Virus record (IMG/VR): IMGVR_UViG_3300045988_173726
Location: 128,001 to 192,000 of that record
Source: a virus
Length of the DNA stretch: 64,000 bases
Reading direction: 5' to 3' (one strand)
The first letter of the stretch is position 1; each line of letters begins with the position of its first letter. Below, one piece after another: positions 9,328 through 17,760 of this stretch. Under the pieces are notes generated by a model. That model did not search any database. It was not told the origin of the DNA and saw only the letters and a list, made by a program, of their open reading frames with translations. Both the position numbers and the translations under genes were made by a program.

Positions 9328-10517
9328 AGAAGGTTATAAACGGGAAAGAGGTATCGGTCGATGTTGAACTCTTTGAGCTTGCAGAGGCTGGAAAGTTAAG
9401 GCGTGACCTCGGTGAGAACAGTATAAACGGAGAGGTTTATTCTGGGATTGAGGGCTTGGAGTCAGCGGTGAGTGGTTATAGAGATATATACTACTCGTTT
9501 CCTTATCCGCTCTATGCGATTGAAGAGCCGATTAAGTATGTAGCGATTTCGGAGTGCCTTGTCGGGGTAAACGAAGAGTATTCTGGAAAGATTGCGCTAA
9601 AGGGTAATAGCCTAGTCATTAAGCTTTCGGACGACTGCGGGGTTAAGTTTATCGGAAGCACTTATGACATTGTGCGTGACTTGTCTGGATTTGAGTTTGT
9701 TGACGAGTATCTGGACGATTACTCCGAGGATTCGGGATACGAAGAATTTCTGTGGTGTGTTAACGCGATATTAGAGGACGGCGACACGACAGATTTTTAC
9801 GAGATTTTTTATCCCGAGTTTTATGACACTTGCGGCGACATAGAGACGCTTCTTCGCGAGTTAAAGACGATGCTGAACTTCCATAAAGTCGGAGCGACTA
9901 TCTCAATCGAGAAGGGGACGCTTGTGGATGTCGGAACAGACGACATTTATCGCCTAGAGGCGTATGTGAAGGGCATTGAGGAGAGTGGTCTTGTCGAGAC
10001 TAAGGATTTGGACGGAGAAGTTTATCAGATGAGTGGGGATTTGCCGCTATACTGGGTAAACTTCTACAAGAAGAGTCCGTATCTTGACAGTTTAGGGGAT
10101 GCTCTACTGGATGACAGTGAAAATGTGCTTTACGGGGAAGAGGAGAAGCTTTCCAAAGAGGAGTATGCAGGGCTTGGAAGCGTCTTTAAGCAGATGATAA
10201 AGGCAGGAACATACGACAGGTCAGTGACGAATGTGCAGGCGCGAGGAATCGTTAGGGGCGATTTAGTTTATTATGTGCTTTCTGGTCGGCTTTATCAGTG
10301 CAAATTACGGGAGTTTATGGACAGCAAAGAGATAGTGCTTATGGATACAGAGGGATTTGAGTATTTCTCCGACTATCTAAGCATTTACTCTTCGGACAGT
10401 GAGTATTTGTATTTACTGATAGAGGGAGAGAACCGTCACGACATTGTGCGGCTTTCCTACGAGACGGGTGAGATAGAGCGTTGCAGGACATGGTTTACGG
10501 CAGAGGATTTCGAGTAA
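9324..10517 (+). CDS. Acidic cytoplasmic protein, function unknown
   Basis: 397 aa. ATGA start/stop overlap with the GNAT gene. SD AGGAGGG. No TM and no recognisable motif. Confidence 0.6.
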   Translation: MKKVINGKEVSVDVELFELAEAGKLRRDLGENSINGEVYSGIEGLESAVSGYRDIYYSFPYPLYAIEEPIKYVAISECLVGVNEEYSGKIALKGNSLVIKLSDDCGVKFIGSTYDIVRDLSGFEFVDEYLDDYSEDSGYEEFLWCVNAILEDGDTTDFYEIFYPEFYDTCGDIETLLRELKTMLNFHKVGATISIEKGTLVDVGTDDIYRLEAYVKGIEESGLVETKDLDGEVYQMSGDLPLYWVNFYKKSPYLDSLGDALLDDSENVLYGEEEKLSKEEYAGLGSVFKQMIKAGTYDRSVTNVQARGIVRGDLVYYVLSGRLYQCKLREFMDSKEIVLMDTEGFEYFSDYLSIYSSDSEYLYLLIEGENRHDIVRLSYETGEIERCRTWFTAEDFE

Positions 10518-10526
10518 GGGGACAAG

Positions 10527-11330
10527 ATGAGCGAGGGGGAGTTAAAGCAGTATATAGAGAAGTTAAACGGCAGTGAGGGTGTGTGTAGGATAAGCTGTAT
10601 TAACGCGGCAGATGTAAGGCTAGTTCTTAGGCGCGGGAAGTGTGCGGTGATAATTGAGTTTATTCACAACAAGAATCACGAGAGGCTAGTGATACGGGGA
10701 GATTTAGAGACTATCACGCAAGAGGAGATAGATAAGCGCATTGCAGAGCTTGAGGAAGAGCTGACGGCATTACAGAGCATAAACGCGGTAATAAGTAAGC
10801 CAAGCGGGAAAGCGATACGGGTCATGCTACGGTGGTCTGACGGGGAAGTGTGTGATGTGTCGGACTGGGATTATGAGGGTGTCGAGATACGGCTAAGTAG
10901 AGAGTGCTGTGCGAAAGTTCCCGTTTACTATAAGCACGCAGAGTTTATTCGAGACGAGAGCCTAGTTAGGTTACTGAAAGACTTTGACAGCTACAACTTT
11001 TGCCGTAAGATAGGGGCGAGGCTAACTGGTAGAGACATTTACACAGAGCTATCGCAGAATATGCTAACGGTTTCCGACATAGAGGAGTTAGTGGTTAAGG
11101 ATAAAGTCGGGAAGAAGTATCTAAAGAGTGTAGTATCTTTAAGAGACCTCGGGTATATCGGGATATTTAACTGGGTTATCGACTATGGGAAGCGAGAGGT
11201 CGAGGTAACGGTAAAAGGGGATAAGCTTTTGTCGGTAGCGGACGGGACGCTTTACAGCGACAGTGCGCTTTGTAAGAGCCTTTGCAAGACGATGCAGGGT
11301 AGGGTTAAAGAACGGCTACTCTGGGTTTAA
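10527..11330 (+). CDS. Hypothetical protein
   Basis: 267 aa. SD AAGGGGA. Short coiled-coil segment (IDKRIAELEEELTALQS). No recognisable domain. Confidence 0.6.
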   Translation: MSEGELKQYIEKLNGSEGVCRISCINAADVRLVLRRGKCAVIIEFIHNKNHERLVIRGDLETITQEEIDKRIAELEEELTALQSINAVISKPSGKAIRVMLRWSDGEVCDVSDWDYEGVEIRLSRECCAKVPVYYKHAEFIRDESLVRLLKDFDSYNFCRKIGARLTGRDIYTELSQNMLTVSDIEELVVKDKVGKKYLKSVVSLRDLGYIGIFNWVIDYGKREVEVTVKGDKLLSVADGTLYSDSALCKSLCKTMQGRVKERLLWV

Positions 11331-11391
11331 GAGGGCGGCTTAAAGGCGTTTACAGGGCTAGCGAAGCTAGGTGGCTTGAGAGGGACATGGA

Positions 11392-12141
11392 ATGGCGAAA
11401 TTTGATGACGACTTAGGGCTTGATGACTTTGGTTTTGGGACAGAGGACAGCCCCGAGGCAGATGATGACATGTTTTCGTTTGGGGGAGATAGTAGCTCCG
11501 ATGGCGACAGTGGGTTTTCACTTGGGGGAGATGATAGCGCTCCGCTAACGATAAACCCCGATAGTCTAAGGAGTTCTGGGGGCGATAATGACTTTGACGA
11601 GGACGGCAAGAAGAAGCGCGCGTTTATCCTAGGGGTTGTAGGAGTTATCATTATCCTAGGTGGGTTAATGATAGCGGGAGTGATTACGCGAATCAGTAAG
11701 GGTAGCGGAAAGCGGGAGACAGCAAGCGTAAAGACGGCGGTCGAGACAGAGGAGAGTACGCGGGGTGAAAAGGAGAGCCGTAGGGAGGAAGAGGCGAAGC
11801 GTGAGACCAAGGCAGAATCTTCTACGGAAGCCCCTGTAAGGAGAGTGTCGCTAACGGATGGCGGTTGGGATGAGATAGAGTTAAGTGAGTTAGCGTTTAG
11901 CAATGTAATAAACGGAGATTTCACGGTAACTTCGATTAAAGCCTATGTGAAGGACAGCAAGACAGGGGAGAAAACGGTGAAAGCGGTAGTGACAGGTGGC
12001 ATCAGCGGTTTATCTGGGACATACGAGCTTGAGATACCGTATAGCAAGGCAGAGAAGTTAGCGGTCGGGGATAGTTTTTCGGTCAAGTATAGGATTGCGA
12101 AGCTAAACGACTATACGATAGTGGGAGATATAAGTTATTAA
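11392..12141 (+). CDS. Single-pass membrane protein with acidic FG-motif N-terminus, function unknown
   Basis: 249 aa. N-terminus DDDLGLDDFGFGTEDSPEADDDMFSFGGD. TM FILGVVGVIIILGGLMIAGVI. K/E-rich linker. C-terminal beta-rich domain. Confidence 0.6.
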   Translation: MAKFDDDLGLDDFGFGTEDSPEADDDMFSFGGDSSSDGDSGFSLGGDDSAPLTINPDSLRSSGGDNDFDEDGKKKRAFILGVVGVIIILGGLMIAGVITRISKGSGKRETASVKTAVETEESTRGEKESRREEEAKRETKAESSTEAPVRRVSLTDGGWDEIELSELAFSNVINGDFTVTSIKAYVKDSKTGEKTVKAVVTGGISGLSGTYELEIPYSKAEKLAVGDSFSVKYRIAKLNDYTIVGDISY

Positions 12142-12148
12142 GCGCTAG

Positions 12149-12192
12149 AGAGGGGGACAGGAATGGGGTCGCCCTCTTTTAATTTGGTTTTG
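12149..12192 (+). terminator. Rho-independent terminator candidate
   Basis: 12149-12158 pairs with 12168-12177 (10 positions, 1 mismatch), followed by TTTAATTTGGTTTT. Confidence 0.5.
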
Positions 12193-12350
12193 GCTAGGGC
12201 GTAGCGGGGAAGATTTGGTTTTAGGGAATCTGGATGGGGTCATTCGGGGAAATTTTAAGGCGAAAGTTTAACAGTCGTTCAGTAAGTCGAGGTTATCTTG
12301 GTTTGTCAGAGAAAATTTCTGGGTTTTGCAAAGTTTTCGTTGGTATTTGC

Positions 12351-12379
12351 TTGACTTATGCAGGCTTATAGCCTATAAT
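12351..12379 (+). promoter_or_regulatory. Near-consensus sigma-A promoter
   Basis: TTGACT (12351-12356), exactly 17-nt spacer, TATAAT (12374-12379). About 60-nt leader to ATG 12447. Confidence 0.8.
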
Positions 12380-12446
12380 TGTCGTATAAGCGGTGAGCAG
12401 AGGACTGTTCATCAATCACATTTCACTCTTGAGAGGAGATACAACT

Positions 12447-13349
12447 ATGGACGCAATCAACAAGTTACAGGCAACCGGTGATAACAGTGCACTTAGCGCA
12501 TTCGACCCGATTACGGAGGAGACTTCCGAGGCTGTGGAAGCAACGGAAGAGCTTGAGGAGACTCCTACCACTTCAAAGAGTGCTGATAAGGCGGCTTATG
12601 CGGTTCTTAAGGCACAGTTTACGAAGCAGTATACGACCGATGAGGCATTCCGTGATGCGATTGACAATCCGCGCAGTGACGACATCGAGTGCGTTGGCGT
12701 TATCGCCTATGGTGATAAGGGCGGTATGCAGAACAAGGACAAGGTGAAGAAGGACGCAAACGGCAAGCATGGCGTGTCCAACACTTCCGATATTGTCGGT
12801 TATGTGTTCAAGAATGTCGGCAAGTCTCCGATTACTTACAGAACTTTCAAGAGTACCAAGAACGAGGACGGCTCTTGGAACAGAGACATTGTGAGTATGG
12901 TGGCACAGCCGGGTCAGGAGATGATTCTGCCGAAGTGGGCGGCTACGGAGCTTATGGCTCGTATCGAGTATAGCTTCCGTGGTAAGAACTTCATGATGTC
13001 CGCGAAGAACCTTAGCAAGCTCATTGCGGAAAGCACGCCTGTCGGTGACGAGGCGCTGATTACGAGACTTTCCAAGTGGTTTGTCCGTATGAAGAAGGGC
13101 ACTTTCAGTGTGCAGGATGACAACTACAAGAAGAACATCTCCGTACCGGAAAAGGACGAGGAGACTGGCAAGACTAAGTGGGTTGTTGTCGAGCATGTTG
13201 ACGTTTTCGGCTATCTGAACGATTCTTCTTACAACAAGAAGAGCGGTAGCAGAAAGCGTAACAGCCAGAGACAGAAGGTTTCTAACGAGAGCGCGGCGGC
13301 GAACTATCTCCGTGAGCTGATTGCGAAGAGCGCGAGCATCGAGGCTTGA
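12447..13349 (+). CDS. Abundant-looking orphan protein (acidic N-terminal tail, basic C-terminal tail), function unknown
   Basis: 300 aa from ATG 12447 (SD GAGAGGAG 7 nt upstream). The track's GTG 12393 start lies only 7-14 nt after the predicted TSS and has no SD. No signal peptide. Monocistronic between a strong promoter and a 13-bp terminator. By eye, codon choice (cgt, ggt, ttc, aag, aac) differs from neighbouring genes. Confidence 0.7.
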   Translation: MDAINKLQATGDNSALSAFDPITEETSEAVEATEELEETPTTSKSADKAAYAVLKAQFTKQYTTDEAFRDAIDNPRSDDIECVGVIAYGDKGGMQNKDKVKKDANGKHGVSNTSDIVGYVFKNVGKSPITYRTFKSTKNEDGSWNRDIVSMVAQPGQEMILPKWAATELMARIEYSFRGKNFMMSAKNLSKLIAESTPVGDEALITRLSKWFVRMKKGTFSVQDDNYKKNISVPEKDEETGKTKWVVVEHVDVFGYLNDSSYNKKSGSRKRNSQRQKVSNESAAANYLRELIAKSASIEA

Positions 13350-13369
13350 CCTTAGAGGCTAACGAGTAA

Positions 13370-13410
13370 GGGAAATACCTAGTCCAAGTGGCTAGGTATT
13401 TCCCGTTTAT
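13370..13410 (+). terminator. Strong rho-independent terminator
   Basis: Perfect 13-bp stem: GGGAAATACCTAG (13370-13382) with CTAGGTATTTCCC (13392-13404). 9-nt loop, then GTTTAT. Confidence 0.75.
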
Positions 13411-13437
13411 AGGGAAATCACCGAGAGGGGATAGAGA

Positions 13438-13860
13438 ATGGAGTTTTTGCTTTCGATTGACAGAAAAGTGTGGATTGCGGCGATTGTGATTGTGGTAGCG
13501 CTCGGAGTGCTTGGGTTTGTCATTAAGCTTGTAAAGATGGCTGCCCTTTGCGCGGTGGTAGCGGTGATATTGACGCTTGGAAGCACAACGATAGCTAATG
13601 TGAAGAGGGATATAGGCTTCGACTACAAGGACGGCAAGTTTACTTTGCAGAACGAAGAGTTTAATATAGCGGACATCAAGAAAGCGGAGTTTACGAAGCC
13701 CGAGGGCGGAGTAGGAGTAATCTTTACAATGCAGGACGGGACATATCGAAGCGTTACGCTCCCGAAGAAGTACGGTTTAGCGGTGCAGGGCGTGGTAAGT
13801 ACGATTGAGAGTAAGATTAAAGAAGGTGCGGTTAAAGAGCTAAGTAAAACAGGAAAGTAA
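13438..13860 (+). CDS. Small membrane protein (2 TM) with C-terminal soluble domain, function unknown
   Basis: 140 aa. SD GAGAGGGGA. TM1 VWIAAIVIVVALGVLGFVI. TM2 AALCAVVAVILTLGSTTI. Confidence 0.6.
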   Translation: MEFLLSIDRKVWIAAIVIVVALGVLGFVIKLVKMAALCAVVAVILTLGSTTIANVKRDIGFDYKDGKFTLQNEEFNIADIKKAEFTKPEGGVGVIFTMQDGTYRSVTLPKKYGLAVQGVVSTIESKIKEGAVKELSKTGK

Positions 13861-13881
13861 CGATTAAAGAAAGGTCGTATA

Positions 13882-13920
13882 AAGTCGTTGGGTCTACTGG
13901 AAAGCCCAGCGACTTTTCTC
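13882..13920 (+). terminator. Rho-independent terminator candidate
   Basis: AAGTCGTTGGG (13882-13892) pairs with CCCAGCGACTT (13905-13915), 11 bp with one G-U, followed by TTCTC. Confidence 0.45.
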
Positions 13921-14000
13921 TGTAAAGAAGTAGAGGAATACTTTGTATATCTTTCAGTACCCTGTGACTATATAGAGAAAGATTCTATTTAAGGAGGGCA

Positions 14001-15437
14001 ATGGTTTTGGGCGAGCAAAGTTTATCTTGGGACAGAAAATATCGTCCTGCGACATTAGATGACTATATGGGGGAAGCGATTAAGAAGCAGATAATGCCGA
14101 GGCTATCAGACCCGTCAAAGTATGCGCAGACATATCTATTAGAGGGAACGAGGGGTTCTGGAAAGACAACGCTTGCGCGTTTAATCGCAAAGGAGATGCT
14201 TTGTGAGCATAAGGTAGACGGTCACGCTTGTAATAAGTGCGGGTCGTGCATGGATTTGAACGAGAATCTGCTTTATGGAGACGGGTCTGTTAGGTTAGAC
14301 TCTGTGATTGAGATAGACGCAGGCGTAAATACAGGTAAAGAGGATGTAGCGAATCTGATGGACGAGATGGGGAATGAGCCTATCGGGTCGAAGTATAAGA
14401 TTTGCATCATAGACGAGTGCCATAAGTTGTCGCAGAGTGCGCAGTCAGCTTTGTTAAAGCGCTTAGAAGAGCCTAGAAGTTACGAGGTTTATATCCTTTG
14501 CACGACAAACAAAGAGAAGATGTTAGAGACTATCTTAGGTCGTTTAAGCGTAAAGGTTCATGTAACGAACGCGAATTTAGACGACTTAGTGCATAGGCTC
14601 TTGCATATCTGTAAAGCAGAGGGCGTAAGTATCGGCACAGAAGCGGTAAAGCGGATAGCAACGGTAAATGACTGTAATCCGAGAGAGAGTATCAAGATGC
14701 TAGAGGACTTGGTAAAGTCTGTAGGGCATGAGATACGGATTTCGGATGTGCTTGAGCGGTCGGGGTCGGTAAATACAGATTTGTATTTCGAGTATTTCAC
14801 TGCGGCGAACAAGAGCCAAGAGGCGTTGCTTGCGTTTATTGACAAGGTAAAGAGCGAGCATGTAGAGATAGGAGCGTTCTTTAGCGGTCTGGTGCGGTTT
14901 GTTTTAGACTGTATACGGCTAAGTTACGGAGTAGGGCTAGATAACTACACTTCAAAGTTTGTTTCTAAGGCAGTATCATTCTTTAAGCAGTACAATGTAG
15001 ATGAGATAGATACGCTTTGTCAGATAATGGAGTATACGCTTCGGACTTATACGGCAGATACGGATAAATCCGTATTAGGGGAGCTACTGATTTTAACGAC
15101 AGGCATGAGAATCGGGAAGATAAAGTTACTAACGGCGCACGAGGCGGCGAAGGTATCAAAGGCTACGAAAGAGAATGACGATGGGTTAAAGAAGTTTGCG
15201 GAGGGGATAGCAAAGAAGCGTGACGAGTCGCTTGACACGATACGGGAGACAGAGCTAAACAGCGGGGTATTAGCCTCGGTATTTGGTAGAGAGCTGGTAA
15301 AAGTGAGTAATGTAAGTTCAGCGAGTTTGTTCGGGGATGAGGATGACGAAGAGGAAGAGATAAGTGAGAGCGAGCATGACAGAAAGCTAACGGACGAAGA
15401 GTTTATCGGGGATTTCATGTCGAAGATTGGTAAGTGA
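14001..15437 (+). CDS. dnaX: DnaX-like (DNA polymerase III gamma/tau family) clamp-loader AAA+ ATPase with acidic tail
   Basis: 478 aa. SD AAGGAGGG. YRPATLDDYMG. Walker A GTRGSGKTT. Zn module CNKCGSCMDL. Walker B/sensor IIDECHKLSQSAQSALLKRLEEP. ILCTTN. The usual SRC motif reads GRL. C-terminal SLFGDEDDEEEE. Confidence 0.8.
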   Translation: MVLGEQSLSWDRKYRPATLDDYMGEAIKKQIMPRLSDPSKYAQTYLLEGTRGSGKTTLARLIAKEMLCEHKVDGHACNKCGSCMDLNENLLYGDGSVRLDSVIEIDAGVNTGKEDVANLMDEMGNEPIGSKYKICIIDECHKLSQSAQSALLKRLEEPRSYEVYILCTTNKEKMLETILGRLSVKVHVTNANLDDLVHRLLHICKAEGVSIGTEAVKRIATVNDCNPRESIKMLEDLVKSVGHEIRISDVLERSGSVNTDLYFEYFTAANKSQEALLAFIDKVKSEHVEIGAFFSGLVRFVLDCIRLSYGVGLDNYTSKFVSKAVSFFKQYNVDEIDTLCQIMEYTLRTYTADTDKSVLGELLILTTGMRIGKIKLLTAHEAAKVSKATKENDDGLKKFAEGIAKKRDESLDTIRETELNSGVLASVFGRELVKVSNVSSASLFGDEDDEEEEISESEHDRKLTDEEFIGDFMSKIGK

Positions 15438-15457
15438 AAAGGGGATAGATACGAGTT

Positions 15458-15490
15458 AAGGACGGGTTAGAAGCCCGTCCTTTTTGTATT
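15458..15490 (+). terminator. Rho-independent terminator
   Basis: AAGGACGGG (15458-15466) pairs with CCCGTCCTT (15474-15482). 7-nt loop. TTTTTGTATTT run starts inside the 3' arm. Confidence 0.7.
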
Positions 15491-15573
15491 TAGGGATTAT
15501 TTGTTTCCCTGCCAATGAACCACAGTCTGTTTCGCACGCGAAAAATAATTTAAGGGAAAGAGAGGTATTTTCC

Positions 15574-16332
15574 GTGAAAAGAGGCAGATTTGTGGCGATA
15601 CTTGCTTTAAGCCTAGCGCTATTTACGGCTATTCCAAGCTACGCGGCTAAGTCACTCGATGAAATCACGAGTAATACGAGCGCGGTAACGGAAACGGTAG
15701 CGGGCGGGCAGAGTAAGCAGGGAAGTTTGCCAGAGTTTACGCCAGACGCGAAGGGAAGCGATGTAACGAGACAGTTAGGGGATTCTATTAACCTAACAGC
15801 GGATACGGGTGCGATTTCCTACGCAAACAGGACGCTCGGCGGGGTTATCGGGAAGCTAGTACAGTTAATAAGCTTTGTCATCATCTTTTTGATTCCAGTT
15901 ATGACTGTGCTTGATTTACTGTATTTGGTTTCGCCAGAGCGTCTTGGTAGCATTCTGTCTGGCGGCAAGACAGCCTCCGCGCAGGGTAATAGCGGCGGTA
16001 TGGGCGGCTTTGGCGGTAACAGTTCGTTTGGTGGCATGGGCGGTTTTGGTGGCAACGGTGGCTTTGGTGGTAATAGCGGCATGGGCGGCTCTTCTATGGG
16101 TAACGGACAGCAGGGCGGTCACTGCTGGGTATCGAATGACGCTTTAGAGGCGCTAAGTGTCGGCAAGGGTAAGTATGGCTATTATTTTAAGGCAAAGGTA
16201 AAGGAGCTACTTATAGTTCCGATACTGATAACCCTTAATCTAACTGGTATCATGCCAAAGATAGGCTTTGCGCTTGGCAGTATACTGGTTAGCGCAGGCG
16301 AGTGGCTGTTAAAGGCTATCGGCGCAGTGTAA
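15574..16332 (+). CDS. Exported small membrane protein with Gly-rich GGFGGN repeats (paralog 1 of 3; possible pilin/VirB2-like role)
   Basis: 252 aa from GTG 15574 (SD GAAAGAGAGG). The track start 15484 lies inside the upstream terminator. Signal peptide KRGRFVAILALSLALFTAIPSYAA. TM LVQLISFVIIFLIPVMTVLDLLYLVSP. Gly-rich repeat region. WVSNDALEAL. C-terminal TMs. Confidence 0.65.
   Translation: MKRGRFVAILALSLALFTAIPSYAAKSLDEITSNTSAVTETVAGGQSKQGSLPEFTPDAKGSDVTRQLGDSINLTADTGAISYANRTLGGVIGKLVQLISFVIIFLIPVMTVLDLLYLVSPERLGSILSGGKTASAQGNSGGMGGFGGNSSFGGMGGFGGNGGFGGNSGMGGSSMGNGQQGGHCWVSNDALEALSVGKGKYGYYFKAKVKELLIVPILITLNLTGIMPKIGFALGSILVSAGEWLLKAIGAV
15985..16121 (+). repeat. Coding low-complexity repeat (GNSGGMGGFGGNSSFGGMGGFGGNGGFGGNSGMGG)
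   Basis: Reiterated ggc-ggt-ttt-ggt-ggy-aac units within CDS 15574-16332. Confidence 0.8.
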
Positions 16333-16342
16333 GGAGTAGTGT

Positions 16343-16648
16343 ATGTTTGAGCGACTACAGTCCGTCATGCGGAATAAGGACAGGGTAGAGCGTGAACGGA
16401 AGAAGCGGCGCAGAGCAGAAGTACAGGAGATGCAGTCGGACAGTTTGTTTCGGGCGCGTTTAACGGCAGACTTAAAGACGGTTAGCCTTTTGCTGATGGA
16501 TAAAGACATAGCGAGTGTGGTAGTGACAGCGGAGGATGCCAGCTTAGATAGGCTTGACGCGGCGATGTATGACTCCGAGATGGCAGAGTATGAAGTGGCT
16601 AAGAACGGTCGTGACTACGAGATACGGAATAAGACAGTAGATTTTTAA
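16343..16648 (+). CDS. Small charged protein, function unknown
   Basis: 101 aa. SD AAGGAG. Basic N-terminus (RVERERKKRRRAE). Confidence 0.5.
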   Translation: MFERLQSVMRNKDRVERERKKRRRAEVQEMQSDSLFRARLTADLKTVSLLLMDKDIASVVVTAEDASLDRLDAAMYDSEMAEYEVAKNGRDYEIRNKTVDF

Positions 16649-16662
16649 GGGGGGGTGGTAGA

Positions 16663-17010
16663 ATGACAGTAGAAGAGCGTTTAACGGACATACAGCGTAG
16701 GACAGGCATATCGGAGGATATTATACGGTGTGTGTTAAAGGGCGAGACAGATTCGATTGTGGATTCTCTAAAGCGGGGCGAGAAAGCGACTTTAATCGGT
16801 CGGTGTTCGTTTGAGCCGAGGATAGCGAGATGCACGAGGGAGGACGGAACAGAGGGAACTTGCGCGAGGGTTAGTGTAACGGCATCGTCAAGGGTCACGA
16901 CCCCGCTTTATGAATTAAGCGACTTCCTTCCGAGTGAGCCTTCTCCGCAGGAGAAACTAATCGCGTCATCGGAGAATGTGCTGATAAAGCAGATAAAGGA
17001 GCTTGTTTAA
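16663..17010 (+). CDS. Divergent HU/IHF-family DNA-binding protein
   Basis: 115 aa. ISEDIIRCVLKGETDSIVDSLKRGEKATLIGRCSFEPRIA aligns by eye with HU [40 protein letters not shown]. The arm region lacks the conserved R-N-P motif. Confidence 0.55.
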   Translation: MTVEERLTDIQRRTGISEDIIRCVLKGETDSIVDSLKRGEKATLIGRCSFEPRIARCTREDGTEGTCARVSVTASSRVTTPLYELSDFLPSEPSPQEKLIASSENVLIKQIKELV

Positions 17011-17024
17011 CGGGGTGATAGAGA

Positions 17025-17759
17025 ATGACCTACAGGACGCACAGGGAGTTTGCGGTATGCTTTGTTATACTAGCAAACTTTCTGGTGTATAAGTTACATC
17101 TTAGTCAGACAGGCTATTATGTGAACTTAATAGTAATGCTTGTATGTGGAAAGCAGGGGGCGTTGTTTCCAGATGTAGACCACATATGGCAGAATGTGAA
17201 AGAAAAGACAACAATAAACTTTGTAATCAACAAGATAATTCACTTAACGGGCGGTAGGCATAGGAGTTGGCAGACGCATAGCTGGGATATATGGCTAATT
17301 AGTTTAATCGTGGCGTTACAGTTAAATGCTAGGCTAGACGAGTCAAACAGGACAGTGTTTATCTTGATAGTACTTGGTTTCTGGTCTGGGTGGTTTAGTC
17401 ACTTGTTTGCAGATATGTTGACGCTAGACGGGGTAAGGCTATTTGCCTTTACGAAGAAGAGCAAGGTAGCGTTTGTTCCGAAGAGAGCAAATATGCTAAA
17501 GAATCTTTTGATTTCTGTTACGCTAATCTTGCTTAGTGGGTCGGCATATATGCTACCTATACCAGAGTCAAAGACGGTAGCAACTATATTGTTGGTTGCG
17601 GGTTTAACAGTTCTGGGTGTTGCTCTTAAGATTAAGAACATGAAGTTCAATACGGGCGGCATCTGGGAGGAAACAGTTTACAGGGTAACGATAGTGTTCA
17701 ACGCAGTGTTTATGGTACTTGCGTTAGCCTATCCGCTATTAGAGAAAGTGGGGATATGA
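17025..17759 (+). CDS. YdjM/DUF457-like membrane-bound metal-dependent hydrolase
   Basis: 244 aa, polytopic. Family landmarks: N-terminal THREF, FPDVDH, RHRSWQTHSW, SHLFADMLT. Confidence 0.65.
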   Translation: MTYRTHREFAVCFVILANFLVYKLHLSQTGYYVNLIVMLVCGKQGALFPDVDHIWQNVKEKTTINFVINKIIHLTGGRHRSWQTHSWDIWLISLIVALQLNARLDESNRTVFILIVLGFWSGWFSHLFADMLTLDGVRLFAFTKKSKVAFVPKRANMLKNLLISVTLILLSGSAYMLPIPESKTVATILLVAGLTVLGVALKIKNMKFNTGGIWEETVYRVTIVFNAVFMVLALAYPLLEKVGI

Positions 17760-17760
17760 T

